Below are positions 51,253 through 63,993 of a stretch of 64,000 nucleotides of DNA, one piece after another; within the stretch, counting starts at the first letter, position 1, and the number at the start of each line of letters is the position of its first letter. The DNA is from Hemiscyllium ocellatum (Eukaryota): contig NC_083409.1 of assembly GCF_020745735.1 (NCBI RefSeq), positions 13,515,259 to 13,579,258 on the forward strand, in the 5' to 3' direction. The position numbers and the translations under genes are program-made. The notes under the pieces are model-generated. The model made no database searches. It saw nothing but the letters and a program-made list of their open reading frames with translations, and had not been told where the DNA came from.

Positions 51253-51910
51253 GGGATCCCCAGTGGAAGGCTCTCTATGCAGGAGTCCTCTCCCTTTCTC
51301 TCGGGGATCTGGGGTGTTGCGCACAGCGGTCCCCTGCAACCGCAGATTGTGGTGGTTCATGGACTCCCAGCACAACTGCTTGTTCTGTGGGGCTGTGGAG
51401 TCCGTGGAACATACATATATTGGGTGTGGCGTTTGCACTCCCTTTTTTGATTTTCTTAAAAACCTCCTCCTCTGCTTTGGTTGCACTTCAGTCCCACGCT
51501 CCTGATCTTTGGGCACCTGGTTAGGAGGAGGGAGAGCAAGTCCTGAAGACCTCCTCGTGGTCTGCTCCTGGGCCTGGCCAAACTGGCCATAAACAGGTCC
51601 AGGCAGCAAGCCATGGAGCAGGTCGCTAAGGCCGCCTGCCTGCCCCTCTTCCGTGGTTATGTTAGCCCGGGTGTCCTTGGAGAAGGAGCATATGCGGTCT
51701 CCACCAACACCCTGGAGTTGTTCAGGGAGAGACGGGCGCGCCGCAAGGAGTGGAGTGCATTATCTCCTTCTCCAACTCTATTTTGATTTAATCCCTGCCC
51801 TCCCCTGCACTGTTTGATCACACAGCATTGCCCTTTGATGCGAAGGGCACTGCTTGTCACAGGCCACTCGGGTGTTTCCTTTCTTCCTGGTGGTGGAAAC
51901 TGAATAAAGA
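51253..51910 (+). mobile_element. Tx1-like (L1 clade) non-LTR element, 3' end of ORF2 plus 3' UTR
   Basis: GDPQWKALYAGVLSLSLGDLG and AVPCNRRLWWFMDSQHNCLFCGAVESVEHTYIGC (CX2C...H...C C-terminal Zn motif); AATAAA at about 51902. Confidence 0.8.
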
Positions 51911-52867
51911 TTCAGACACCTTGTTCTCTCACTGTTCTCTCAAACCTGCACACACACAACATGGGTGCTGGGAAAAAATAAGCACTACAGCAGTTAGGCG
52001 TAGTGTGGGGTAAATAGAGAAATAAAATAAACAGGAGTGTCAGAGGTTCTAAAAACAAGAAAATGGGACTGTCAGAAGGACTGATACTCTAGGACCTGAT
52101 TCTGAATAACAACCTGCAACCAACCCCCTCCTTCTGTCATCCTCAATCTCCCCATGCTTACGCTTGATGCCCCTTCGATCCAGCTTGTGCTGCCTTTGGG
52201 AGAGCCTGACCTTCCCTCCCTACCTCACCCAGAACATGGTCATCATCCTAAAGGAGCACAGTCACGTTTTTAAAACCTGAGGGGCATCACAGCTGGGACA
52301 GGAGGAGAGAACTTGGCACCTTCATGTGGTCATACCTGTCATTAATCCACTGCAACCTCTCTTGGCTGCAAGAATTCAACCTCCCTCCCACCCCTGGAAT
52401 GTAATATTGCTGCTTCTAATTTTGGGCTAATAACAACTGAAATACAACTATGGTGAGCCAGCATTGGCTGGGCAGGCAGCCACTACTGCTCTGAGCCTGT
52501 ATCCAGAAAATCCCCTTGTAATTGGGCAACTCATTAGGGAGCACAGTGCCCACTGCCTCTGAAATCACTCCTTACCGAGAATACACTCTCAGCTGCCATC
52601 TGAATATACTATAAACTCTGTCCTGTGATCCTGCCCCTCCATCTACATGAGGAAGGAACAGCGCACCGAGTCCTTCTACTTCCAAATAAACCTGTTTGAC
52701 TCAAACCTGGTATTGTGTGCTTTTTAACTTTGGCCATCTGAATGAACTGCCTCTCAGACTGAATTAGCTGAGCTGATTCCTGATTTGAGAAGATTAAAGT
52801 CTAATCTTCAATCCCCAGCACAAAAGCCCATTCTCAATCCATCGCTCGAGACACAGACCTCAAGACA

Positions 52868-53082
52868 CTACAGGCAGCACAGAGTAACACACTCGCACTG
52901 AGAGAAACACCTACAGGTTGCACTAAGTAACACACTCGCACTGAGAGAGACACCTACAGGCTGCACTAAGTAACACACTCGCACTGACAGAGACACCTAC
53001 AGGCAGCACTAAGTAACACACTCACACTGAGAGAGACACCTACAGGCTGCATAAAGTTAAACACTCACACTGTGAGAGACAC
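52868..53082. repeat. 43-bp minisatellite, 5 copies
   Basis: Unit ctacaggctgcactaagtaacacactcgcactgagagagacac at 52868, 52911, 52954, 52997 and 53040. Confidence 0.92.
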
Positions 53083-53428
53083 AGCCGACAAAGTCTGTGA
53101 ATGACTGAAGATTGTTTCAGGGGCTACCCAACATGCCACAGAGATTGCACAGTGCAATCCCATCAGCTGGGCCTGGAGGGAATGCGTCAGATTGTACTTA
53201 TTGAGTCCTAACAACTTTCAGTTTCTGTTCTTTTGGAATCTTGTAACCTGCATAAAGTCCTGACCAAAGGAATTATGTGAAAATGATTAATGAATGATGA
53301 TTGTAATTGATTGACAAGCCAAGCAACCAATTATGACAATGACCTGCTGAAATGCAGCCAATCAACTGAGCGGGCGGGAAAGGTCATCTATTTCCAAAGC
53401 ACACAGAGACAGAGACTGAATCTTCATC

Positions 53429-53434
53429 TTTATT
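53429..53434 (-). terminator. Polyadenylation signal AATAAA of C-kappa copy 2
   Basis: TTTATT on the plus strand at the position homologous to 13811-13816. Confidence 0.6.
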
Positions 53435-53955
53435 CCCTTTTTCAGATTCACATTGACAGAAAAAAAACTGCAATTAACAGCCCAGACAGAGAAAGCTGCT
53501 CAAAATCACAGCCACAATGGAGTTTAAGGAAAACACTGTGTGAGATTTGCTCAATAACATGAGAATTCTGTCCCTTTAAACAGTGACAAAACCTTAAATG
53601 GGAACTGACAGCTAAGCAGGAAGAAGATCTGGTTTAATGAAGCAGAGACTTCTGAGGTTCACATTGTTTTGTACAGCTGACAGTCTTCAGCAAAATTCAA
53701 GAGATTTACTTGGCATACAGTCAACACTTCCGCATCAAACACTCCCCGGACAAGGACAGCATGAACTTTGACATAGTGTAATGTCTCTCAAAACTGTCGC
53801 AGTGACCGACTTCAACATCCAAACCTCAGACGTATCTCTGAGCCAGTCCTGACAAGGAGGGAGTTGAAATTCAGTGCTAACAATGACCTTTGTCCTGCCA
53901 GCTCAGCTCTATTCTAAGTAAAGTTGTGTCTCCTCTGTGGACTGTCTCCAACACT

Positions 53956-54287
53956 TTACACACATTCTGATCTGCTGATGCTCTCTCTGAGGGAGACGGG
54001 AGGGTCACATGTGAGGGCACAGGACAAACGACGTCGGACTCCAGTCAACCCAGGAGGTCAGAGTGAGCCAAGTAGCAGCTGCTGACACTGTAGGTGCTGT
54101 TCAAAGTTCGCAGGTAGTTGCTGGTCTGAACCCCGTCCGAAATGACTGCACCATCCTTCTTCCACTGCACCTCCAGCTCATCGGGATAGAAGTGATTGGC
54201 AAGGCACACCAGGGTGGCAGTGCCCTTGGCATTGACCTGCTCCAGGGGGGGGCAGCAGGGTCAGCTTGGGCTGAGAGTTCTCACGGC
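53956..54287 (-). pseudogene. IGKC: Ig kappa constant exon, copy 2, frameshifted; no V or J in the window
   Basis: Intact acceptor, then (S)RENSQPKLTLL. A G8 run at 54245-54252 replaces the 10-nt gggaggggag of copy 1 (a 2-nt loss). The last third has a 13-nt insertion and several small deletions. It ends GAA TGT GTG TAA. Confidence 0.88.
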
Positions 54288-56234
54288 CTGAAAGACAAGA
54301 GAAACAATTTTAATCCCTGCCAAACAAATGGATTTTGACTCTCAGTATATTCACTGGCAATACAATCTTATTGACCATTTATAGTCAATACAGAATAAAC
54401 TCGACAAAAGAACAGGTATTGTTTAAATTGCTTCTTGGGATATGAGAGTCACTGCCAGGACCAGCATTTATTGCCCATCCCTAATTGCCCCGGAGAAGGT
54501 GATGGTGAAAGAGAAGGGACAGTTTTAGACCATTGTTTAGGGAATAAATATGGGCAGCTGGAAGGACTATCAATGGGAGAGCATTTCAGTGACAGTGATC
54601 AGAACTCAGTGAGACTGAGAGTAGGGATGGAAATGGAGAACAATGGAGCAAGTGTAAAAGATTTCATTTGGGAATGTACTATTTTACTAAACTGTGCAGT
54701 GATTTAGCAAAAGTGGACTGAAACTGTGGATGGAATATCAGTGTCAGGGCCTCGAATGATGAGACAGAGATTGTTCAGAATCTGTTCCCACAATGAGTAA
54801 GGGTGGGACTCCCAAATCTAGACTCTCAGCCTGGGATGTCAAAAGGCAGCAGAGTAGGGAAGACCAAACAGTGATGGTGATGTTGTTATCTGGAGATCAA
54901 ACCTGCAGAAAGCTGAGAGGAGGATAGAAAATGCAGGGTGACATTGAACAGGACCTGAGGAAAGCAAAGAGCTGACAGGATGAAGTATGTCCAACTGAAT
55001 CAGGGAAATCCCAATGAACAAGAGGATTGGGGTCATGTACTGACATGGATTGGGAACTGGTTGGCAGACAGGACAGAAACAACAAGTCTTTTCCTGAATG
55101 GCAGGTAGTTACCAATTGTCATACTACAGGGGTCAGTCCTTGGTAACCCAGTTATTCATAATATACAATCATAGAATCATAGAGACCCAAAAGGCCCATC
55201 AGCCCATTGTGTCCATACTGATCAAAAAATAACAACCCAATAATTCTCATCCATTCTTCCAGCATGAGGGAATTAGATGTGGTATGTGTTCAAGAAGGAA
55301 TTAGATATTGTTCTTAGGATTAAAGGGATCAAAGAATGTGGGAGAAAGCAGGAACAGGGGATTGTGTTGGATGATCAGCCATGATCATATTGAATGGTGG
55401 AGCATTCGAGGTGTGTAAAATGATGAGGGCCCTGGACAGAGTGGGTAGGAAGGACTGATTTCCATCAGCAGAAAAGCAATAGCCATGGAGAGAGATTGAA
55501 ATGAATTGGGGCAGGGTTTGAGGGGAGTTGAGGAGTAACTGTTTCCACCCAGAGGCTGGTGAGAACTGGGACTTACTGACTGAAAGGGTGGAGAGGCCAA
55601 AACCATCATCACATTGAAAAAACACTTGGTCATTCACTTGAAACAGCGAAGCCTCCAGAGCTATGGAGCAAAAGCTGGAAAGTGGGATGGAGCTCAATAC
55701 ATCTTTAACAAACCTGCTATCACCCACAGATCAGGAGAACTTTATCCGAGAACATTGGAGCAGACTTGGATCCACACACTTCATTGGGTGTCCATGTGGA
55801 AGGTTCCAGATTACATTTCAAACCTTGCTGCACACGAATGGGCTGAATCAAGGGTGAGGCTACAAAGAGTCTCACTGCCCCAGGGTCAGCCAAGGTCACT
55901 TCTCCTAATGACTCAATGACCCCTGGAAGGTGAGAGTACACGGACAATGGGTGATGGTCAGGATCAGGAAGCTCCAACCTTAAAGAAAGACTTGAATTTG
56001 TGTAGCACCTGTTCCCAACTCAGGATGCCCCAATGGCTCTTTCCAGCAGAGTGTGCACAGTAAGATCCCAAACACATTATGATAATTAGCAGGGAAATAG
56101 ATTTTTATTGATTTTGATTGGGTATAAGTATTGACCAGGGCACTGGGGAACTGCCTGCTCTTCCTCCAATGGTGTCATGGAATGGCATCTTTCACAACTG
56201 AAGGATTCCCAGTTCATCCAAAAAAAAGTATAGT

Positions 56235-56910
56235 TCCTTCAAAGTGGAGTTGCAGGTCGATAGTGTGGTGAAGATGTTGTTCGGTGTACTTTCCTTTATT
56301 GGGCAGTGCATTGAGTATTGGAGTTGGGAGCTGTTGCGGCTGTACAGGACATTCGTTCGGGCACTTTGGGAATACTGTGTGCAATTCTGGTCTCCCTGCT
56401 ACAGGAATAATGTTGTAAATCTTAAAATGCTTCAGAAAAGATTTACAAAGATGTTGCCAGGGTCGGAGGTTTGAGCTATCTGGAGAGGCTGAATAGGCTG
56501 AGGCTATTTTCCCTGCAACTTTGGAGGCTGAGGGGTGACAATATAATGGTTCATAAAATCTTGAGGGGCATAGATAGGGTGAATAGAGAAGATCTTTTCT
56601 CCAGAGTGGGGCAGTTGAAAACTAGAAGGCATAGGTTGAAGGTGACAGGGGAAAGATTTAAAAGGGACTTAAGGGCCAACCTTTTCATAAGGAGGGTGGT
56701 ACATGTATGGAATGAGCTGCCAGAGGAAGTGGTGGAGGCTGGTAGAATTACAGCATTTACAAGGCATCTGGATGGGTATATGAACAGGAAGAGTTCAGAG
56801 GGATATGGGCTAAATGCTGGCAAAGGGGACTAGATTAATTTCGGATATCTGGTCAGCATTGATGAGTTGGATTGAAGGGTTGGTTTCCGTGCTGTACAAA
56901 TCTCTGACTC
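56235..56910 (+). mobile_element. CR1 3' end, present only in intron copy 2
   Basis: ORFs 56244-56474 and 56471-56833 are CR1 C-terminal sequence; absent at the homologous position of intron 1 (about 16500). Confidence 0.82.
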
Positions 56911-57877
56911 CAACTGAAGTTCACTTGAACCCTTAACACCTCAGGCTCTCCCAAAGACATTTATTGACAGTTTTGTTTGAAAACCAGTCACTGTTACAAT
57001 GTCGGGAAAGTGGCAGCCAGTTTCTACTCAGCAAGATCCCATAAAAAGCAATGAGATCAAAGACCACTGTTAATGATGATGGTTCAAAGATAAATATTGT
57101 CCTGAACTCAACCCAAAGACCCAACAATTGGGTTCAGTTGGATGGAAATGAGGAAATGGAGTGGAAAGGAGCAGGTAGGTTGGTGGTTAGTGATGGGATT
57201 GATTGTTACCAGAAAATAAAAGGAAGGGGCAGAATTTTTGAATATCAAAGGAACCTTGAAAGTGCAGGGAAAATCAATAATAGAACAAACTCAAAGAGTT
57301 TTTATCTAAATGTGTGAACCATTCCGAATAAGGGAGACAAAGTGATGCCACAAATTGAGGTAAATTGAGTTCCCAAGGGATTTAAACTAGTTAAAGTGGA
57401 GGAGGGCTCATGAGAAGTTATTCAGGTTTCTAGAAGATGTAATAGGACCGAGAATATGGAAAGGATCAGGAGTTGAACATCGAACACAAGAGTTAAGAGG
57501 ACAATGATGAGAAGGAAGGCAATCAGTGCAGGACTGAGGGTGTTGGACTTAAATGCACACAGTATACACAATGGGCTTGTAGTACAGATTGAAACTGGCA
57601 GGTACGATGTTGTGGGTATCACAGGGACATGGCTGTAAGGGGATCCGGGCTGGGAACTAAATATCCAAGGTTACATGTCCTATCAAAAGGACAGGCAGAT
57701 GGGCAGAGGGGCAAGAGTTGCCTTGTTAGTAAGAAATGAAATTAAATCAATAGCAAGAAGTGATATAGAGTCAGAAGGTGTAGAATCTGGGTGAGTAGAG
57801 TTGAGGAACCTCAAGAGATAAAGAATCTGATTAAAGTTATGTCCAGGTCTCCAAGCAGTAATCAGGATCATGATCAG

Positions 57878-59385
57878 GAGGGGACAATGGGGAACACAAT
57901 AATCTGATGCAAATTCCCCATCAACGCTCATCCATCCCTTAGGCACAGCAAGATCACAAGCCAAGAAATTCAAATCAACTGTTTGGGAGCCAGAGCCACT
58001 GGGAACCCTATATTGATGAATATGACCAGCAGGACCTTGTTACTCAGAATAACAATTGCACAATAACAATTTGGGAAATAAATATTCCATAAATTAGACC
58101 TGGGTTTTCTTTACTCTTCAAATGAGATGGAATTGTCCCGTGTGTCCTTGGGGTCAGAATTGGCTGTGTTGGAGGAGACAGAGGATAGTGATGAGAGGAT
58201 GGTTTTCAGAATGGAGGGCTGTGACTCGTGGGGTTCCACAGGGAACTCTGCTGTATATGGTCTACATAAATGATTTGGAGGAAAGCGTAGCTGGTCTAAT
58301 TAGTAAGTTTACAATTGATACAAAGATTGGTAGAATTGGAGATAATGAGAAGGATTATCTAGGATATGGCAGGATAGAGATCAGTTGGATGCTTGGACAG
58401 AAAAATGGCAGGTGTAGTTTAATCCAGACAAATGTGAGGTGATGCATTTTGAAAGGTGATGTACAGGTGGGAATTATATAATGAATGGCAGAATCCTTTG
58501 AAGTTTTGATATACAGAGGGATCTGGGTGTGTATGTTCACAGATCACTGAAGGTGCCAGCACAGGGAGGTAAGGCAGTAAAAAAGGCTTAGGGCATGCTT
58601 GCCTTCATTGGAAGATGCATTGAGTGTAAGGATAGACAAGTTATGCTGCAGGTTTATAGAACTTTATTCCGGCCACGCTTGGAATATGGTATACTGTTCT
58701 GATTGCATATAACTGCATACAGTCCAAAAAGAAGGATGTGGATGTTTTGAAGATGGTGCAGAAAATGTTTACCAGAATATTGTCTGGTATGGGGGATTAT
58801 AGTTCTGAAGAAAGGTTGGAGAGACTGAGTTTGTTTTCACTGGAATGCAGGGAAATGAGGTGCATCCTGATAGAAGTTTACAGAGTTGTGAATGGGATAG
58901 GCAGAGTGGAAAATATGAGGCCTTTTCCCAGGGTGGAGGGGTCAAATACTAGGGGACGCAGGTTCAAGGTGCAGGGGTTTGGGGGGAATTAATTGTAAAG
59001 AGATGTACAAACCAAGTATTTCACACAAAGGGAGTTGAGTACCTGGAACACACTGCCAGAGGAGGGAGTGGAAGCAGACACAATAGAAGTATTCAAGAAA
59101 TACCTGCACTAATGTATGAATAGGAACGGAATAGAGGGATATGAATCCTGTTGATGAAGATAGTTTCAGTATAGAAGGGCAAAATGTATCAGCACAGGCT
59201 TGGAGGGCCGAAGGGCCTGTTCCTGTGCTGTATTGTTCCTTGTTCTTTGGTCCCTGCTGTTGAATTGGATTCTCGGGAGCCAGCTCCATATGAAGAGCCT
59301 GTTCTCATTCTTTTGTTGGAGTTCATGGGGCAGCTGCTGCTTCCTTGCTACGTCACTGATCAAACCAACAATGGGGAAAGCCTCT
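57878..59385 (+). repeat. Inverted, internally condensed copy of the C1 3'-flank
   Basis: 57878-57970 is the reverse complement of about 13590-13685; 57985-58155 of about 13095-13260; and 59130-59372 of about 2513-2760. The order is collinear in inverted sense. A CR1 RT-3' piece occupies about 58170-59240. Confidence 0.8.
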
Positions 59386-59599
59386 TGATATTTTAAGTAC
59401 ACTGTCTGCAGGAAAATGTTTGGCTGAGGTTTTAATATTGTTTAATAAGATAATGATATCAATACACCAGTGTTTTTTACAGCTAGGAACATTTAACATC
59501 ATAAGCCTTGTTTTAAATGGACTCTCACTCATGATAATTCTGTTTTCAATGTTTCTCTCCCTTTATGTGTTATGAAGAGATTTGCCAACATGTTTTGGT

Positions 59600-60760
59600 G
59601 AGGACAGTGCATCTTCATTGGAAGATTGGAAGATTATATCTTCAGGACACACGCACTAAACAACCCCACCACCCTGTGGCTGACCATTTCAACTCCCCTC
59701 TCACTTGCTAAGGATATGCAAGTCCTTAGGCCTCCTCCGCTGCCAAATTGAAGCCATCTAACAACTGGAGGAAGAGCACCACATCTTCCACCTTGAGACC
59801 CTCCAATGACATGGAATCAATGTTATAGAGTCATAGAGTCATGGAGATGTACAGCATGGAAACAGACCCTTCGATCCAACCCGTCCATGCCAACCAGATA
59901 TCCCAACCCAATCTAGTCCCACCTGCCAGCACCCGGCCCATATCCCTCCAAACCCTTCCTATTCATATACACATTCAAATGCCTCTTAAATGTTGCATTT
60001 GTACCAGCCTCCACCACATCCGCTGGTAGCTCATACACGTACCACACTCTGCGTGAAAAAAGTTGCCCCTTAGGTCTCTTTTATATCTTTCCCCTCTCAC
60101 CCTAAACCTATGCCCTCTAGTTCTGGACTCCCCAACCACAAGGAAAAGACGTTGTCTATTTATCCTATCTATGCCCTTCATAATTTTGTAAACCTCTATC
60201 AGGTCACCCCTCAGCCTCTGACGCTCCAGGGAAAACAGCCCCAACCTGTTCAGCCTCTCCCTGTAGCTCAGATCCTCCAACCCTGGCAACATCCTTGTAA
60301 ATCTTTTCTGAACCCTTTCAATTTTCACAACATCTTTCCGATAGGAAGGAGACCAGAATTGTATGCACTATTCCAACAGTAGCCTAACCAATGTCTGTAC
60401 AGCCGCAACATGACCTCCCAACTCCTGTACTCAATACTCTGAATGTTGATGTTACTTGTTTCCTCATCTCCACTCCCCAGCTTATCCCAGATCCAACCCT
60501 CCAACTTGGCACCACCCTCTTGAACCTGTCCATCTTCCTTCCCACCTATCCACTCCACCCTTCACTCTGACCTATCACTGTCACCCCCCACCTCCACGTA
60601 CCTATTGCAATCTTCATTACCTTTTCCCCAGCCCCAATTCCCTCCCATTTATCTCTCCGACTCCTCACTCCCTCCTCCCCATTCCCCTGATGAAGAGCTT
60701 ATGCTCAAAACATCGACTCTCCTGCTCCAGGGATACTGCCTGACCGGCCATGCTTTTCCA
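59600..60760. mobile_element. Penelope-type 3' fragment (+) split by a CR1 3' end (-, about 59825-60440)
   Basis: PLE endonuclease remnant (cctgtggctgaccatttcaactccc...gaggaagagcacc) resumes after the CR1 with terminal-repeat sequence (cctgatgaagagcttatgctcaaaac). Confidence 0.75.
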
Positions 60761-60999
60761 GCGCTACATGATTTCACTCTGTGCTGTGGTAACAGAGTGT
60801 TAAAGCCCAGCGCAGGTCATCCGTCATCTCAATCAGATCACAGGGTCTAAGGTTGGTCAGTAATGTCTGGCCCCAGGACAATAACACTGACTAACTGGAG
60901 ACAACCCAGATCAAGTCCCAGCGAGAGTGTTCTTGACATTCACACTCAAAGCCCACCAAGAAGGGGACAAACTGGATGTATAAAAAGGAAGTTGAAGGG

Positions 61000-63993
61000 A
61001 AAGTTAGAACAAGAGAAGTCAAGAAGGACAACTGTAGCAATGAGGCAGAAAATTTGAAAAGGGATCATGCTGTAAGGTTGAGTGAATAGGGGTTGATGGG
61101 AAGGGTGAGAGCAGTAACAAATTAAAAATACTGTATATGAATGCACGAAGCATTAGAAATAAGATGGATGAGCTTGAGGCTCCTTTGGAAATTGGCAGAT
61201 ACGATATTGTGGGGATAACTGAGACGTGGCTTCAAGTGGACAGGGCCTGGAAATGAATATTCAAGGCTACACGTGCTATCGTAAGGACAGACTGACAGGC
61301 AGAGGGGGTGGAGTGGCCTTGTTGGTAAGGGAGGATATTCAGTCCCTTGCGCGGGGGGACCTAGAGTCAGGGGATGTAGAGTCAGTGTGGATAGAGCTGC
61401 GAAATACTAAAGGTAAAAAGACCCTCTTGGGAGTCATCTACAGGCCCCCAAACAGTAGTCTGGATGTCGGATGAAAGTTAAATCAGGAGCTGAAATTGAC
61501 CTGTGGTAAAGATGTTACTACAGTTGTTATGGGGGATTTTAACATGCTGGTAGACTGGGAGAATCAGGATGGTATTGGACCTTATGAAAGAGACTTTGTG
61601 GAGTGCCTCAGAGATAGATTCTTAGAGCAGCTGGTGCTGGAGCCGACCAGGGAGAAGGCAATTCTGGATCTAATGTTGTGTAATGAACCAGAATTGGTCA
61701 GAGACCTCGAAGTGAAGGAGCCATTGGGAAGTAGTGACCATAATACAATAAGTTTCAATCTGCAATTTGAGAGGGAGAGGTACAGTCGGAAGTGACAGTA
61801 CTTCTGTTGAATAAAGGGAACTATGGAGCTATGAGGGAGGAGCTGGCCAAAGTTCAATGGTGCAATACCTTAGCAGGGATGACCGTGGTGGAACAATGGC
61901 GGGTATTTCTGTGTATAATGCAGAAGTTGCAGGATCAGTTCATTCCTAAAAGGAAGAAAGATCCCAGGAGGAGGCATGTGCGGCCGTGGCTAACGAGGGA
62001 AGTTAAGAACCATATAAAGTTAAAAGAGAAAAAGTATAACAGAGCAAAGATAAGTGGGAAAACAGAGGACTGGGAAGCTTTTAAAGAACAACAGAGGATT
62101 ACTAAGAAGGAAATACGCAGAGGCAAAATGAGGTACGAAGGTAAACTGGCCAATAATATAAAGGAAGATAGTAAAAGCTTTTTCAAGTATGTGCAAGGCA
62201 AAAAAATGGTTATGACTAAAATTGGGCCCTTGAAGACAGAAACAGTGGAATATATTACAGGGAACAAAGAAATGGCAGAAGAATTAAATGGGTACTTCAG
62301 ATCTGTGTTCACTGGGGAAGACACAAGCAATCTCCCTGAGGTAACAGTGACTGAAGGACCTGAACTTAAGGGAATCTGTATTTGCCAGGATTTGGTGTTG
62401 GAGAGACTGTTAGGTCTGAAGGTTGATAAGTCCCCGGGGCCTGATGGTCTACATCCCAGGGTACTGAAGGAGGTGGCTCGGGAAATCGTGGATACGTTGG
62501 TGATGATTTTCCAGAATTCGATAGATTCGGGATCGGTACCTGAGGATTGGAGAGTGGCTAAAGTTATACCACTTTTTAAGAAAGATGGGAGAGAGAAAGC
62601 AGGAAATTATAGACCAGTTAGTCTGACCTCAGTGGTGGGAAAGATGCTGGAGTCTATTATAAAGGATGAGATTACAGCACATCTGGATGGTAGTATCAGG
62701 ATAAGACAGAGTCAGCATGGATTTATAAAGAGGAAATCGTGCTTGACTAATCTTCTGGAGTTTTTTGAGGATGTAACTCTGAGGATGGATGAGGGAGATC
62801 CAGTAGATGTAGTGTACCTGGACTTTCAGAAAGCTTTTGATAAAGTTCCACATAGGAGGTTAGTGAGTAAACTTAGGGCGCATGGTATTGGGGACAAAGT
62901 ACTAGATTGGATTTAAAATTGGTTGGCTGATAGGAAACATTGGGTAGTGATAAACGGCTCCATTTCAGAATGGCAGGCAGTGACCAGTGGGGACCGCAAG
63001 GATCCGTGCTGGGACCACAGCTTTTTACAATATATGTTAATTATATAGAAGATGGTATCAGCAATAACATTAGCAAATTTGCTGATGATACAAAGCTGGG
63101 TGGCAGGGTGAAATGTGATGAGGATGTTAGGAGATTACAGGGTGACCTGGACAAGTTAGATGAGTGGGCAGATGCATGGCAGATGCAGTTTAATGTGGAT
63201 AAATGTATGGTTATCCACTTTGGTGGCAAGAACAGGAAGGCAGATTACTACCTCAATGGAATTAATTTAGGTAAAGGGGCAGTACAGAGAGATCTGGGTG
63301 TTCTTGTACACCAGTCAATAAAGGCAAGCATGCAGTTACAGCAGGTAGTGAAGAAGGCTAATAGCATGCTGGCCTTCATAACAAGAGGGATTGAGTATAG
63401 GAGCAAAGAGGTGCTTCTGCAGCTGTACAGGGCCCTGGTGAGACCACACCGGGAGTACGGTGTGTAGTTCTGGTCGCCAAATTTGAGGAAGGACATTTTG
63501 GCTATTGAGGGGGTGCAGCGTAGGTTCACGAGGTCAATTCTGGAATGGCGGGATTACCTTACACTGAAAGACTGAAGCGACTGGGCTTGTATACCCTTGA
63601 GTTTAGAAGACTGAGAGGGGATCTGATTGAGACATATACGACTATAAAAGGATTGGACACTCTGGCAGCAGGAAACATGTTTCCGCTGATGGGTGAGTGC
63701 CAAACCAGAGGACACAGCTTAAAAATTTAGGACAGAGATGAGGAGAAACTTCTTCACCCAGAGAGTGATGGCTGTATGAAATGCTCTGCCCCAGAGGACA
63801 GTGGAGGCCCAGTCTCTGGATTCATTTAAGAAAGAGTTGGATAGAGCTCTCAAAGATAGTGGAATCAAGGGTTATGGAGATAAGGCAGGGAGTGGATACT
63901 GATTAGGAATGATCAGCCATGATCATATTGAATGGCGGTGCAGGCTCGAAGGGCCCAATGGCCTACTCCTGCACCTATTGTCTATTGTCTATT
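61000..63993 (+). mobile_element. CR1 LINE with complete ORF2 span (APE endonuclease plus RT), inactivated
   Basis: LKILYMNARSIRNKMDEL...YDIVGITETWL at about 61122 onward; ORFs 61226-61474, 61496-61795, 61792-62916 and 62940-63467 are broken by frameshifts and stops; (TCTATTG)n tail. Confidence 0.93.

Larger units (their letters stand above)
53390..57870 (-). repeat. Diverged segmental duplicate of the C1 region (about 13750-17450): 3' UTR, C exon and C-proximal intron
   Basis: Collinear matches 53390-53955 to 13780-14344, 54440-54830 to 14825-15235, 55400-56220 to 15680-16500 and 57185-57870 to 16765-17440; roughly 80-90% identity by eye. Confidence 0.9.

Noticed and set aside
52868-53082. 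CRISPR-like array or RSS array
   Set aside because: The units are head-to-tail with no unique spacers, the context is eukaryotic, and the heptamer-like CACTGAG lacks nonamers.
61000-63993. Active, intact CR1 element
   Set aside because: ORF2 is broken by several frameshifts and stops, and ORF1 is missing.
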